Position numbers and translations under genes: made by a program. The notes under the pieces are model-generated. The model worked only from the letters and a program-made list of their open reading frames with translations. It was not told the DNA's origin and made no database searches. Positions 19,066 to 29,263 of a stretch of 64,000 nt of DNA are shown in pieces. Numbering within the stretch: position 1 is the first letter of the stretch; the number at the start of each line of letters is the position of its first letter. Origin of the DNA: an uncultured Planctomycetia bacterium (GTDB taxonomy: Bacteria > Omnitrophota > Gorgyraeia > Velamenicoccales > Velamenicoccaceae); NCBI GenBank assembly GCA_964622605.1, contig CAZUQR010000001.1, forward strand, positions 135,265-199,264, written 5' to 3'.

Positions 19066-19945
19066 GGTCCGTCACAACGTGGCCCTGGCCGGCCGGAATT
19101 ACTTCAGGATCGGCGGCCGGGCGCGGTGGTGGTTGGAGCCGGCCAGCGTGCGGGCGCTGGGCGCCTTCCTGCGCGAACGCGACAAGAGTGTGGACCTTTT
19201 CGTCCTCGGCGCGGGCAGCAACGTCTTGTTCGACGATGCCACGATCCGCAAGGTCTTCGTCTGCCTCCAGGCGCCGGCCTTTGCCAAGATCTGCGTCCGG
19301 GGCCGGCGGGTCACGGTGGGTGCCGGCGTGCGCATCGGCCGTCTCATCTCGGTCCTCTCAAAGTTCGATCTGGGCGGTCACGAATTTCTGGCAGGGATAC
19401 CCGGAACGATCGGCGGCGCCCTCGTGATGAACGCCGGGGCGCGCCGTTGTCAGGACGACCCCCGGACCTACCGCGAGATGCGGGACGTCGTGGTGTCCGT
19501 GGATACGCTGGACCGCTCGGGCCGTTTTTGCACCCTGCGGCGCGAAGAGATCGACTTCGGCTATCGGCAGACGTCGCTGGCCCCGATGATCGTCACCGGC
19601 GCGACGCTCGCGTTGCGTCCGGCCCGCCGGCGCCGCGTCACGCGGGAGATCGGCCGCATCCTGGGCTGGCGCTTCGTCCACCAGGACTGGCTCTTTCCGA
19701 GCGCCGGGAGCTTTTTCAAGAATCCGCCCGGAGACGCGGCCGCCCGCCTGATCGACGGCTGCGGCCTCAAGGGGCTTGCGGTGGGCGCCGCGCAGGTGAG
19801 CCCGCGCCACGCCAACTTCATCATCAATACGGGCCACGCGCGCTTCACCGATGTGACAAAGCTCGTGGAAATCATCCAGGAAAGAGTGTATAATCATTTT
19901 CGTGTTCGATTGGAGCCCGAGGTGATGATTGTGCGCGCAACCTAA
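19037..19945 (+). CDS. murB: UDP-N-acetylenolpyruvoylglucosamine reductase
   Basis: FAD-binding domain (FRIGGRARWW, GAGSNVLF) and MurB C-terminal domain (SAGSFFKNP). Confidence 0.9.
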   Translation: MSLRTSLRNKVRHNVALAGRNYFRIGGRARWWLEPASVRALGAFLRERDKSVDLFVLGAGSNVLFDDATIRKVFVCLQAPAFAKICVRGRRVTVGAGVRIGRLISVLSKFDLGGHEFLAGIPGTIGGALVMNAGARRCQDDPRTYREMRDVVVSVDTLDRSGRFCTLRREEIDFGYRQTSLAPMIVTGATLALRPARRRRVTREIGRILGWRFVHQDWLFPSAGSFFKNPPGDAAARLIDGCGLKGLAVGAAQVSPRHANFIINTGHARFTDVTKLVEIIQERVYNHFRVRLEPEVMIVRAT

Positions 19946-20855
19946 AAGAGTCGGCGTGGTGATGGGCGGTTTGTCGTCGGAGCGCGACATCTCGCTCAAG
20001 AGCGGCCGGGCCGTCTTGAACGCCCTGAAAGATGCCGGATGGCAGGCGTTGTCCCTCGAGGTCCTCGAGGAGACGCAAGAGGAGATCCAGCGTCTCGTGC
20101 GTGAGGCCGCCGTCGACGTCGTCTTCGTGGCGATGCACGGCGGGTTCGGAGAAGACGGCCGCCTCCAGAAGATCCTGGAAGACATGCGCGTGCCGTTTAC
20201 CGGTCCGGCCCGGGAGGCGAGCCGTCTGGCCATGGACAAGGTCGCGTCCCGCCGGATCTTTGAAGGGGCGGGCCTGCGCGTCCCGCGCACCCGCGTCATC
20301 CGGCGCGGATACCGGATGATGTCCTTGTTGCACGGATTGCGGTATCCCGTCGTCATCAAGCCCGCGGCCCAGGGATCGAGCATCGGCGTCTCGTTCGTGT
20401 CTCATTGGAAGGAGTTGTCCTGCGCCGTCCTCAAGGCGCTTCGTTATGACGACACCGTCCTGGTCGAGGAGTTTATCGAAGGCCGGGAGATCACGGTCTC
20501 CGTCCTGGACGGCACGGCCCTGCCGATCGTAGCCATCATCCCCAAAAAGGATTTTTTTGACTTTCAGGCCAAGTACGAGAAGGGGATGACCGAATACGTC
20601 GTCCCGGCCCCCCTGGAGGCCCAGGTCACCGAGCGCGCCCGGCAGGACGCGGTCACGGCGTATCACGCCCTGGGCTGCCGGCACCTCGCCCGCGCGGACA
20701 TGATCCTGAACGAAGAAGGGCGGGCCGTGATCCTCGAGGTCAACACCGTTCCGGGCCTCACCGAGACGAGCCTCCTTCCGAAGGCGGCCCGGGCCGCGGG
20801 ATTGGAGTTTGCGTCGTTGTGCACGAAGATCGTCGAGCTGGCCTTGAATTCTTAG
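19929..20855 (+). CDS. ddl: D-alanine--D-alanine ligase
   Basis: TTG start. VGVVMGGLSSERDISLKSG followed by an ATP-grasp fold (EVNTVPGLT). Confidence 0.9.
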   Translation: MCAQPKRVGVVMGGLSSERDISLKSGRAVLNALKDAGWQALSLEVLEETQEEIQRLVREAAVDVVFVAMHGGFGEDGRLQKILEDMRVPFTGPAREASRLAMDKVASRRIFEGAGLRVPRTRVIRRGYRMMSLLHGLRYPVVIKPAAQGSSIGVSFVSHWKELSCAVLKALRYDDTVLVEEFIEGREITVSVLDGTALPIVAIIPKKDFFDFQAKYEKGMTEYVVPAPLEAQVTERARQDAVTAYHALGCRHLARADMILNEEGRAVILEVNTVPGLTETSLLPKAARAAGLEFASLCTKIVELALNS

Positions 20856-20963
20856 GGTCCTTGAGACCGGGTCTCTCGCCCGGCCCGTGCCTCGGCCGGG
20901 GACCGGTCTCGAGAATAAGCAAGTGATCCTTTACGGGACAGCAGGCGCAGGTAAAGGAGATAC

Positions 20964-21773
20964 ATGGCCCGATACAGACACAAGAGGAGATGGAAAGGCG
21001 GACCCGTCTTCTTACTCGTTATCTTACCTTTATTGGCCCTGGCGCTGTCAGGCCTTGCCCTTTACAAGGGGATCCGCTATTATCTGACGTCCTCGGAATA
21101 CTTTTGCGTCCGCGAGGTCACGGCCCTGGGCGTCGCGGACCATCGTTACGTCCAGATGATCCGTGACGAGCTGATCGGCGCGAATATCTTCAAGGTGGAC
21201 GTCGTGCGGCTCGCCCAGCGTATCCGCCGCAAGTTCCCGACGTTTTATGAGGTGCGCGTGCGGCGCATCCTGCCTTCGGAGCTGCGCATCGTCGCCGATG
21301 AGCGTGTCCCCGTGGCCGTGGTGAAGAAGGAACGCTATTACCTTTTTGATGCCGAGGGCGTGGCGCTCTCCGTCGTCGCCTCTCCCGAGGCCGTTCGCCT
21401 GCCCCTGGTGGAGGGGGGGATCGACCGTCTCCCAAAGATCCAGAGCGGCTTTCGTTACGGGCAAGCGGACCTGCGCAAGGCCCTGAGCCTGGCCGGGGCC
21501 ATCGAGCGTCAGGGCACGAGCCTCGTCCGGCACATGCCGGAGGCAGGACAGCGCGTGAGCAAGATCGTCGTCGGCCCCGGCGGACGGCTTTCGTTTTATC
21601 TGGGTGACGACCTGGAGGTGAAGGTGCGGGACCGTCGCTTCGACGAGCAGCTGGACCTTCTGCCGGCGATCATCAAGGACCTCGGACCGGACATCGGTGA
21701 GGTGGCGTATCTGGATTTGAGGCCGAGGGAGCCCGTCGTGGGCATGAAATCGGGGGGCAGGAGAGGCCGATGA
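20964..21773 (+). CDS. ftsQ: Cell division protein FtsQ
   Basis: Basic N-terminus, single TM helix (VFLLVILPLLALALSGLALY), POTRA-like region, conserved position before ftsA. Confidence 0.75.
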   Translation: MARYRHKRRWKGGPVFLLVILPLLALALSGLALYKGIRYYLTSSEYFCVREVTALGVADHRYVQMIRDELIGANIFKVDVVRLAQRIRRKFPTFYEVRVRRILPSELRIVADERVPVAVVKKERYYLFDAEGVALSVVASPEAVRLPLVEGGIDRLPKIQSGFRYGQADLRKALSLAGAIERQGTSLVRHMPEAGQRVSKIVVGPGGRLSFYLGDDLEVKVRDRRFDEQLDLLPAIIKDLGPDIGEVAYLDLRPREPVVGMKSGGRRGR

Positions 21774-23023
21774 AGAACAGGTGGAGGCCGCGACTCGCCG
21801 GCCCCGGATATGTCTTCGCGCTGGATATCGGATCAAAGAAGGTGGCGCTCGCCGCAGCCAGGACAGCGGCGGCTGACCCCGACGCGGAGTTCCTCATCGA
21901 GACAGCCCCCGTCAAGGGGATCTTTAAAGGGGTGGTCAATGACCTGGCCGCCCTATCTGACGTCGTCGCAGAGGTGGTGGGGCGCATGGAGGCTCAGACG
22001 GGACACAAGGTCCTCCAGGCCTCTGTGAGTATCAACGGTAACTATATCGCCTCACGCCGGAGTCACGTCGCCATGGCCCTCTCCGAGCGGGGGACGCGTT
22101 CCATCACGCGCCGCGATCTGGCGTATCTGTCCGACCAGGCGCGGTTGCTGGGGACGGAGCTGGATGAGGTCCTGATCCACGAGATCTCTCAGGGATATTC
22201 GATCGACCGCCACCCCAGGACACATCATCCTTTGGGGTTGTACGGACGGCGCCTGGAGACCGAGGTGCTGGTGGTGACGGCGCCATATGCTCACATCAGC
22301 AACGTGGTGAAGGCGGTGGAGCGCGTCGGCGTGGACGTGGCCGAGGTGCGCGCGGCGAGCCTGGCGGCGGCCGAGGCCGTCCTGAACCAGGAAGAGAAGG
22401 AGCGCGGCGTCGTGCTGATAGATATCGGCGACACGCTCACGGGCGTCGTCGTCTTCCAGGAGGGCAAGGCGTGTTCTGTGCGCGTTCTGCCCTTCGGGGG
22501 CCGCAACCTCGGGGAGATCATCGCGAATTATTGTCACGTGACGATGGAGGTGGCCGAGACCATTGCCCGGGAGGCGCTCGAGATCGACGCCGAGCCGCAG
22601 GAGTCCGACGCGGTCATGATCCGCGCCGAGGGGATGTTCCGGCCCGTCTCCAAGAGAGACCTCGTCGGAGTCGTGGTCTCGGAGATGGATAAGTTCGTGT
22701 CGCTTCTCCACGACGCCGTGGCCGAGCCCCGCGCCTTGACGCGTCCCGGCATGTCGGTCGTCGTGACCGGCGGCCTGAGCCTGGTCCAAGGCCTGCTCGA
22801 AAAGCTGGAGCAGGACCTCTCGCTGTCGGTGCGCCTGGGCGTGCCGCGGGGGATGGCGCACGTGCCGGTCTCCCGGTCCATTACCTGCGCCGCCGCCGCG
22901 GGCCTGGTGGGGCGCTGCCGTTCGGCCGCCGGCGGACAGGCGCCTTTTCTCCTTCAGGAGTCAAGGAATAAAGTGGCCCGCCTGGTCGACTCCATCAAGA
23001 ATCTTTATCAGGACTATTTTTGA
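21770..23023 (+). CDS. ftsA: Cell division protein FtsA
   Basis: Actin-fold ATPase (ALDIGSKKVALAAA, LIDIGDTLTG, VVTGGLSLVQGL) with a C-terminal amphipathic tail VARLVDSIKNLYQDYF. ATGA overlap with ftsQ. Confidence 0.88.
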   Translation: MKNRWRPRLAGPGYVFALDIGSKKVALAAARTAAADPDAEFLIETAPVKGIFKGVVNDLAALSDVVAEVVGRMEAQTGHKVLQASVSINGNYIASRRSHVAMALSERGTRSITRRDLAYLSDQARLLGTELDEVLIHEISQGYSIDRHPRTHHPLGLYGRRLETEVLVVTAPYAHISNVVKAVERVGVDVAEVRAASLAAAEAVLNQEEKERGVVLIDIGDTLTGVVVFQEGKACSVRVLPFGGRNLGEIIANYCHVTMEVAETIAREALEIDAEPQESDAVMIRAEGMFRPVSKRDLVGVVVSEMDKFVSLLHDAVAEPRALTRPGMSVVVTGGLSLVQGLLEKLEQDLSLSVRLGVPRGMAHVPVSRSITCAAAAGLVGRCRSAAGGQAPFLLQESRNKVARLVDSIKNLYQDYF

Positions 23024-23035
23024 CAAGGTTGGGAC

Positions 23036-23740
23036 GTGATCCGCAATAATTTTATCTCTTGCCGCGAGCGGATCGCCCGGGCGGCCGAGCATAGCGGTCG
23101 TGACCCGGCGGGCGTGGCGCTGGTGGCTGTGACCAAAGGGGTGGATGCCGCGCGCATCGAGGAGGCGATCCTGGCCGGGGTGGGGCAGATCGGCGAAAAC
23201 CGTCTCCAGGAAGCCCTTTCGAAATATGAACGGCTCCGCCGTTTCGCCCAGGAACACGGCACGGTGCTGGGCTGGCACCTTGTCGGACACCTCCAGACCA
23301 ACAAGGCCCGGGAGGCGGTCCGTTTGTTTGACGTGATCCACTCCGTGGACAGCCTGCGCGTGGCCGAGGCGATCGAACGACACGCGGCCCGGAGGAATAA
23401 GGTGCAGGAGGTCATGCTCGAGGTGAACGTCTCGGGCGAGAGCTCCAAGTACGGCTTGCGTGTCCCCGAGGTGGCAGAGGTGCTGTCTGTGATAGGGACA
23501 CGGTCTCACATCCGCGTCACCGGCCTGATGACGGTCGCGCCTTTTGTGGATGACACAGAGCGCGTCCGGCCCGTTTTTCGACGTCTCCGGGAGCTTCGGG
23601 ACGAACTCAACGGTCATCGGCAGGCGCAGCTCAGGCTTCGGGAACTATCGATGGGCATGACGGATGACTTCGAGGTGGCGGTCGAGGAAGGCGCCACCTG
23701 CGTGCGGCTGGGACGGGTCCTCTTCGGAGAAAGAACATGA
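23036..23740 (+). CDS. yggS: YggS/YlmE-family PLP homeostasis protein
   Basis: GTG start. LVAVTKG (PLP lysine), GENRLQE, GHLQTNK and ELSMGMTDDFEVAVEEG motifs. Confidence 0.88.
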   Translation: MIRNNFISCRERIARAAEHSGRDPAGVALVAVTKGVDAARIEEAILAGVGQIGENRLQEALSKYERLRRFAQEHGTVLGWHLVGHLQTNKAREAVRLFDVIHSVDSLRVAEAIERHAARRNKVQEVMLEVNVSGESSKYGLRVPEVAEVLSVIGTRSHIRVTGLMTVAPFVDDTERVRPVFRRLRELRDELNGHRQAQLRLRELSMGMTDDFEVAVEEGATCVRLGRVLFGERT

Positions 23741-24570
23741 GCGGTAAAGACGTCACCATCGGGATCGTCGGCTGCGGCAACATGGGCGCGGCGTTCACGT
23801 CCTCTATTTCGCGCCACCTGCCTCAATGGGGTATCATCCTTTATGACATCGACACGGCCAGGCAGGAAGGGGTCGTGCGTCGCCTCGGCGGCCGCGGTGC
23901 GTCTTCGCTCGAGGATCTGATCGAGGCGAGCGCCGTCGTTCTCATTGCCGTCAAGCCTCAGGATATCGATCCGGTCCTCGCGGCGGCGCGGGGCCGGCCC
24001 CGGAAACTCGTCATCTCCATCGCCGCCGGCATCCCTTTGACCTATCTCGAAAGGGCCTTGGCCGGAGGCGCGGTCGTGCGGGCGATGCCGAATCTCAACG
24101 CCCTGATCGGCCGCAGCGTGACGGCTCTCTCTTTTGGTCCGTCCGTGAGCGCCCCCCATCAGGCGCTCGCCAAAATGGTCCTTGAGGCCGTGGGTGCGGT
24201 CGTCGTGGTTCCGGACGGGCAGATGAATGCCGTGACGGCTGTCTCGGGCAGCGGTCCGGCCTTCGTCGCCTACCTGAAAGATGTCGTGCCGGCTGACGAG
24301 ATTGCGCGGGTCATGATCAAGGCGGCACAGGAGCTTGGTATCGAGAAAGGGACGGCCCAACGCCTGGCCCACGCGACGGTGTCGGGGACGCTGGCTATCT
24401 TGTCGGTCAACTTTGACGCGCCGACGCTCATCAAGCGCGTCTCCTCCAAGGGCGGCACCACGGAAGCGGGCATGGACCTTTTGGAAAATGAGGGCAAGAC
24501 GCCTCAGGCCCTGATAGCGGCGATCCATGCGGCGTGCCGCCGGGCCGGGGAGCTATCGAAGGAGCATTGA
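23737..24570 (+). CDS. proC: Pyrroline-5-carboxylate reductase
   Basis: IGIVGCGNMG Rossmann motif and the C-terminal SKGGTTEAG signature. Confidence 0.9.
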   Translation: MSGKDVTIGIVGCGNMGAAFTSSISRHLPQWGIILYDIDTARQEGVVRRLGGRGASSLEDLIEASAVVLIAVKPQDIDPVLAAARGRPRKLVISIAAGIPLTYLERALAGGAVVRAMPNLNALIGRSVTALSFGPSVSAPHQALAKMVLEAVGAVVVVPDGQMNAVTAVSGSGPAFVAYLKDVVPADEIARVMIKAAQELGIEKGTAQRLAHATVSGTLAILSVNFDAPTLIKRVSSKGGTTEAGMDLLENEGKTPQALIAAIHAACRRAGELSKEH

Positions 24571-24571
24571 C

Positions 24572-25435
24572 ATGGCGAAGGTCGGGATCATAGGGGGCAG
24601 CGGTATTTATAAGATGGAAGGGATCAGGGATCTCAAGGAGGTCGCCCTCAAGACGCCCTTCGGGGAATCCTCCGACGTCTTTCGCACGGGCACGCTTGAG
24701 GGCGCGGAGGTGGTCTTTCTGCCGCGCCACGGCTCCCGGCACACCCTGTCTCCGTCCGAGATCAATTACCGGGCGAACGTCTTTGGGATGAAGATGCTGG
24801 GCGTAGCAGCTCTCATTTCGGTCTCCGCCTGCGGTTCCCTGAAGAAAGAGCTCAAGCCCCTGGATTTTGTCCTGCCGGACCAGTTCGTGGACAGGACGAA
24901 CAGCGGCCGCGTGATGACGTTTTATCGCGGCGGCGTCGTCGCGCACGTGGGTCTCGCGGACCCCGTCTGCGCGCGCCTTTCGGGCATCGTCTACGAGACC
25001 GCAAAGGGGATGGGGCTGTCGGTCCACCGGGGCGGCACGTACCTGAACATGGAAGGGCCGGCGTTCTCGACCCGCGCGGAGTCCAACCTCTACCGTTCCT
25101 GGGGTATGGACATCATCGGGATGACGAACATGGCAGAGGCCCGCCTGGCCCGTGAGGCCGAGATGTGCTACGTCACCATCGCCGCCGTGACGGATTACGA
25201 CTGCTGGTACGAATCCGAGGAGTCGGTGACCGTGGAGATGATCATCGCCAACCTGACGAAGAACGCCGAGAACTCAAAAAAATTGCTCAAGGCGGTCGTC
25301 CGGAAGGTCGCCGACGTCCCTGCGTGTGCGTGCCGCGACGCGCTTAAATACGCCATCATCACGCCGAAGGACGCGATCCCGGAGAAGCTGAAGAAAGACT
25401 TAGCACCCCTGATCGGCAAGTACCTCGGCACCTGA
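24572..25435 (+). CDS. mtnP: S-methyl-5'-thioadenosine phosphorylase
   Basis: Internal ATG 24572. MAKVGIIGGSGIY, FLPRHG and GMTNMAEARLAREAEMCY motifs of the PNP/MTAP family. Confidence 0.85.
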   Translation: MAKVGIIGGSGIYKMEGIRDLKEVALKTPFGESSDVFRTGTLEGAEVVFLPRHGSRHTLSPSEINYRANVFGMKMLGVAALISVSACGSLKKELKPLDFVLPDQFVDRTNSGRVMTFYRGGVVAHVGLADPVCARLSGIVYETAKGMGLSVHRGGTYLNMEGPAFSTRAESNLYRSWGMDIIGMTNMAEARLAREAEMCYVTIAAVTDYDCWYESEESVTVEMIIANLTKNAENSKKLLKAVVRKVADVPACACRDALKYAIITPKDAIPEKLKKDLAPLIGKYLGT

Positions 25436-25453
25436 CGGCGTGCCTGTTTGTTT

Positions 25454-25623
25454 GGCTGGACGGGGCTTTTTCCTCCGTCAGACGAAGTTTTTCGCTCATC
25501 GGCGCGGTTTGAAACGCGCTGCTCGGCGACATAACGCTTCGCCTGCGCACGCGTTCCAAATCCTTGCCGACATCTGCCGAAAAACTTCTGGTTGTCTGCC
25601 GGGGGAGAAAGCCCCGCCCAGCC
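25454..25623 (+). repeat. Long imperfect palindromic intergenic element, family A copy 2 (core 25481-25600)
   Basis: GGCTGGACGGGGCTTTTTCCTCCGTCAGACGAAGTTTTTCG pairs with CGAAAAACTTCTGGTTGTCTGCCGGGGGAGAAAGCCCCGCCCAGCC. The core aligns with 14577-14697 in the same orientation. Confidence 0.85.
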
Positions 25624-25637
25624 GATCGAAGAGCCGG

Positions 25638-25863
25638 CGGGGGGACCGAGGCGGGGCAGGATATAGCGGGGGACGTGACCCCTTCCCTCGCGGGGCATGT
25701 GGACGGCCGAAAGCGGCCACGGTTCGCTGCCCCTGGATATCCCGCGAGAGCGAAGGCCGGACACACTGAGCGAAGTCCGGCCTCGGTGGGGTCGGACGAG
25801 CATACCCGCGAGGGAAGGGGTCGCGTCTCCCACATGGGTGGAATGCCTCGGACAGGCCCCGCC
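25638..25863. repeat. GC-rich modular palindromic repeat, family B copy
   Basis: Termini GGGGACCGAGGCGGGGCAGG and GCCTCGGACAGGCCCC are shared with 38931-39042 and 61376-61693. Internal near-perfect 23-bp inverted repeat GACGTGACCCCTTCCCTCGCGGG (25672-25694) and CCCGCGAGGGAAGGGGTCGCGTC (25805-25827). Confidence 0.8.
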
Positions 25864-25879
25864 AGCCGTTGATCACGCT

Positions 25880-28687
25880 ATGGATTACAAGAAGACGCTG
25901 AACTTACCCAAGACCGACTTTCCGATGAAGGCGGACCTCGCCCGGCGCGAGCCGGCGACGCTGGCCGCCTGGCAGGAGATGGACCTTTACGGCCTGATGC
26001 GCCGGAAGGCGCAGGGCCGGCCGAAGTTCGTCCTGCACGACGGGCCGCCGTACGCCAACGGCCGGATCCACATCGGCCACGTCCTCAACAAGACGCTCAA
26101 GGACATCGTGGTGCGCTATCGGTTTTTAAAAGGCCACGACACGCCGTACATCCCGGGCTGGGACTGCCACGGCCTGCCGGTTGAGCACGCCCTCTTCAAG
26201 GAGTTGCACAAGACCAAGGACCAGGTGGACCGCGTCGCCTTCCGCAAGATGGCGCATGATTACGCCATGAAGTACGTCGGCATCCAGCGGGAGGATTTCA
26301 GGCGTCTGGGCATCGTCAGCGACTGGGAGCATCCGTATCTGACCCTCGGTCACGGTTATGAAAAGGTCCTCCTTGAGGCGTTCGCGACGCTCGTCGAAAA
26401 AGGGTACGTGGCGCGGGGCCTCAAGCCCGTGAACTGGTGTTACACGTGCGAGACGGCCCTGGCGGAGGCGGAGGTCGAGTACGCGGACCACGCATCGGAT
26501 TCCGTCTTCGTGAAGTTCGCCCTCAAAGCGGATGCGCACGCCGCCGCCCTCGGCTTAAAGGAAGGGTCGTTTCTCCTGATCTGGACCACGACGCCGTGGA
26601 CCCTGCTCGCGAACGTTGCGGTCGCGCTGCATCCGGACCTCACGTACGTCTGTGTCCAGAAGGCGGGGGTCTCCATTATATTAGGTAAGGACCTTTTTGA
26701 GGCGGGCCTGAAGGAGAAGCTGGGCTGGGGCGCTGCCAAGGTCAGCCGTTCTTTCAAGGGGGCCCAGCTCGAAGGCCTGACGTATGAGCATCCGTTCGGA
26801 TTGCGCGAAGGCAAGGTGGTCCTGGCGGATTATGTCTCCAAAGGGGAAGGGTCGGGTTGCGTGCACACGGCCCCCGGCCACGGCCAGGAAGACTTTTTGA
26901 CCGGCAAAAAATACGATCTCCCGGTCATCGTTCCCGTCGACGGGCGGGGCCGGTTTGACGACACCGTGCCGCACTGGGCGGGTGAGCACGTCTTTGAGGC
27001 CAACGAGGGCATCATCGAGAAGTTGCGCCATGATGGGTTACTGCTGGCTGCCGAAAAAGTCACGCATTCGTATCCGCACTGCTGGCGCTGCAAGAGCCCG
27101 ATCATCTTCCGGGCGACCCACCAGTGGTTCCTCAAGATCGACCATGAGGGGTTGCGTCAGAAGCTTCTTGACCGTATTGAAAAGGACGTGACCTGGATAC
27201 CCGCTTCGGGACGCGAGCGGATCGCGGCCATGGTGGCCCTGCGGCCGGATTGGTGTTTGTCGCGCCAGCGCTATTGGGGTGTCCCTATCCCGGCCCTCGT
27301 CTGTCGGGCCTGTGGACAACATACGTTGGACGGTCGTGTCATCCGCCGGCTGGCCGAGCGCGCGGCCGACGAAGGGACGGACGCGTGGTTCCAGGTGCCG
27401 ATAAAAGATTTCATCCCGTCGGGGCTCCGCTGCGCGTGCGGCGCCGCGGATTTTGACCGCTCGACCGACATCCTGGACGTCTGGTTCGATTCAGGCGTCA
27501 GCCATCAGGCGGTGCTCAAAGGCCAGGAGGACCTGAAGTTTCCGGCAGACCTGTACCTGGAGGGTTCGGACCAGCACCGCGGATGGTTCCAGGCGTCGCT
27601 CATCTCCTCCGTCGCGATCGACGGCCGGGCGCCGTACAAGGCCGTCCTGACGCACGGCTTTGTCGTGGACGGGGAGGGTCGCAAGATGTCCAAATCCCTG
27701 GGCAACGTCATCGCCCCCCAGGAGGTGATCAAGGAGTCCGGCGCCGATATCCTGCGCCTGTGGGTGATGGCCAGCGACTACAACGAGGACGTGCGTCTCT
27801 CCAAAGACATCCTGAAGAACTGCGCCGACGCCTACCGCAAGATCCGCAATACCGCCCGTTTCCTGTTAAGTAACCTGTATGACTTTGATCCAAAGACGGA
27901 TCGGTTGGCATGGACGGATCTTTCAGATATCGACCGTTGGGCACTTTATAAGCTTGGCCATCTTCAGGCTGACGTTACGAAGGCCTATGACGCCTATAAG
28001 TTCTATATTGTTTTTCAAAAAATTTACAGCTTCTGCAATGAAGATATGTCTTCGCTCTACCTGGACATCCTGAAGGACAGACTGTATACGGCCGGCAAGA
28101 AATCGAAGCTGCGACGCTCTGCTCAAACCGCCCTTTACGAGATCTTGATGCGACTCGTTAAGTTCTTGGCTCCCGTCGTGCCTTTTACGGCCGAAGAGAT
28201 CTATCGTTGTGCACCCCGCGCACAAGAAGATGATTTTGAAAGCGTGCACCTGTCTTTCTGGCCCAGGCTCAATCAGGATTCGGAAGATATCAATGTAAAC
28301 ATCGCCAAACAAATGGATCCTAAGGGAACGATAGATCTCGATAAGATCCTTAGCCTGCGACCGGCGATCCTCAAGGCCCTGGAAGACAAGCGCGCCGCGG
28401 GCGCGATCGGCAGTTCGCTCGAGGCGTGCGTGCACCTGTCGTTAAAGGAAGCCGTGCTCTACCGTCACTTCGAGCGGCACAAGCAGGACCTGCGGTCTAT
28501 CTTTATCGTCTCCGCGATGGATGTGGTTCTAGAGGAGGGCCTCGATGAGCCGTTTGCCCTCAAGGTGGAGCGGGCGGCCGGCACGAAGTGCGCGCGCTGC
28601 TGGAATTATGCCCGGGACGTCGGCGCCGATGGCGTCCATCCGGGCATCTGCGGCCGCTGTGTCGCCGCCGTCGGCGAGCAGGAGTGA
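25880..28687 (+). CDS. ileS: Isoleucine--tRNA ligase
   Basis: Start at ATG 25880 ([20 protein letters not shown]). The upstream part of ORF 25697 runs through repeats. HIGH motif (RIHIGH), KMSKS, and a C-terminal Zn-finger CARCWNY..CGRC. Confidence 0.95.
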   Translation: MDYKKTLNLPKTDFPMKADLARREPATLAAWQEMDLYGLMRRKAQGRPKFVLHDGPPYANGRIHIGHVLNKTLKDIVVRYRFLKGHDTPYIPGWDCHGLPVEHALFKELHKTKDQVDRVAFRKMAHDYAMKYVGIQREDFRRLGIVSDWEHPYLTLGHGYEKVLLEAFATLVEKGYVARGLKPVNWCYTCETALAEAEVEYADHASDSVFVKFALKADAHAAALGLKEGSFLLIWTTTPWTLLANVAVALHPDLTYVCVQKAGVSIILGKDLFEAGLKEKLGWGAAKVSRSFKGAQLEGLTYEHPFGLREGKVVLADYVSKGEGSGCVHTAPGHGQEDFLTGKKYDLPVIVPVDGRGRFDDTVPHWAGEHVFEANEGIIEKLRHDGLLLAAEKVTHSYPHCWRCKSPIIFRATHQWFLKIDHEGLRQKLLDRIEKDVTWIPASGRERIAAMVALRPDWCLSRQRYWGVPIPALVCRACGQHTLDGRVIRRLAERAADEGTDAWFQVPIKDFIPSGLRCACGAADFDRSTDILDVWFDSGVSHQAVLKGQEDLKFPADLYLEGSDQHRGWFQASLISSVAIDGRAPYKAVLTHGFVVDGEGRKMSKSLGNVIAPQEVIKESGADILRLWVMASDYNEDVRLSKDILKNCADAYRKIRNTARFLLSNLYDFDPKTDRLAWTDLSDIDRWALYKLGHLQADVTKAYDAYKFYIVFQKIYSFCNEDMSSLYLDILKDRLYTAGKKSKLRRSAQTALYEILMRLVKFLAPVVPFTAEEIYRCAPRAQEDDFESVHLSFWPRLNQDSEDINVNIAKQMDPKGTIDLDKILSLRPAILKALEDKRAAGAIGSSLEACVHLSLKEAVLYRHFERHKQDLRSIFIVSAMDVVLEEGLDEPFALKVERAAGTKCARCWNYARDVGADGVHPGICGRCVAAVGEQE

Positions 28688-28766
28688 CGGCGATGCCTTG
28701 TTGAAAAAGCGTTGACGGATGACCCGCGTCCTCCGGAGCCGCAACGGGCGCGCGCAAAAAAAGTAT

Positions 28767-28795
28767 TTGCATGCAGCCGCGTTTGCGGTTATAAT
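28767..28795 (+). promoter_or_regulatory. Sigma70-type promoter upstream of the DksA-like gene / lspA operon
   Basis: TTGCAT (28767-28772), 17 bp spacer, TATAAT (28790-28795). Confidence 0.65.
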
Positions 28796-28853
28796 TTGGC
28801 ACTTGAATTTGATTGGCATCACCGGACCCTGGTCCATCAAGGAGGAGTGACGC

Positions 28854-29243
28854 GTGAAGGCACGCAGGCTGACGAAGAAGGATACGCAGGTCTATAAGAA
28901 GCTGCTCCTGGAGAAGCGCGAGGAGATCATCGTTGACATCGCGCATATCTCCGAGGAGACCTTGAAGAAGTCCCAGAAAGACGCGTCGGGCGACAACTCG
29001 GGATACGCCTTTCATATGGCGGATGTGGCCACGGATACCTATGACAGGGAGTTTTCCCTGGGACTCGCTTCCAAAGAGCGCATGGTCCTGCAGGAGATCA
29101 ACCATGCGCTGCTCAAGATCGACGAAGGAAAGTTCGGCGTCTGCGAGGAGTGCAAGAGGCCGATCACGAAGGTCCGCTTGAAGGCCGTACCGTACGCCAT
29201 GCTCTGTCTGAAGTGCCAGGAGAAGAAGGAAAAGACACTTTAG
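28854..29243 (+). CDS. DksA/TraR-family C4 zinc-finger protein
   Basis: GTG start after a GGAGGAG RBS. Coiled-coil N-terminal part and CEECKRPI..CLKCQ four-cysteine finger. Confidence 0.8.
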   Translation: MKARRLTKKDTQVYKKLLLEKREEIIVDIAHISEETLKKSQKDASGDNSGYAFHMADVATDTYDREFSLGLASKERMVLQEINHALLKIDEGKFGVCEECKRPITKVRLKAVPYAMLCLKCQEKKEKTL

Positions 29244-29263
29244 GCAGGGCGCTCCCGAATAGA

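Noticed and set aside
20856-20963. Inverted repeat GAGACCGG..CCGGTCTC and a GC-rich segment in the ddl-ftsQ spacer, considered as another family B copy.
   Set aside because: It shares only the short GCCTCGGCC motif with family B, and the 8-bp arms are too short. I treat it as an ordinary spacer or weak hairpin.
25697-25879. N-terminal extension of ileS in the ORF track. Similar extensions occur for nadD (61603-61722), murD (13142-13285), murC (17602-17694), ribF (3997-4188), rbfA (1959-2198), pilN (52381-52464) and rplU (57539-57613).
   Set aside because: The extensions run through intergenic repeats or overlap the preceding gene out of frame. Internal starts give canonical N-termini, usually with ATGA coupling or a clear RBS.
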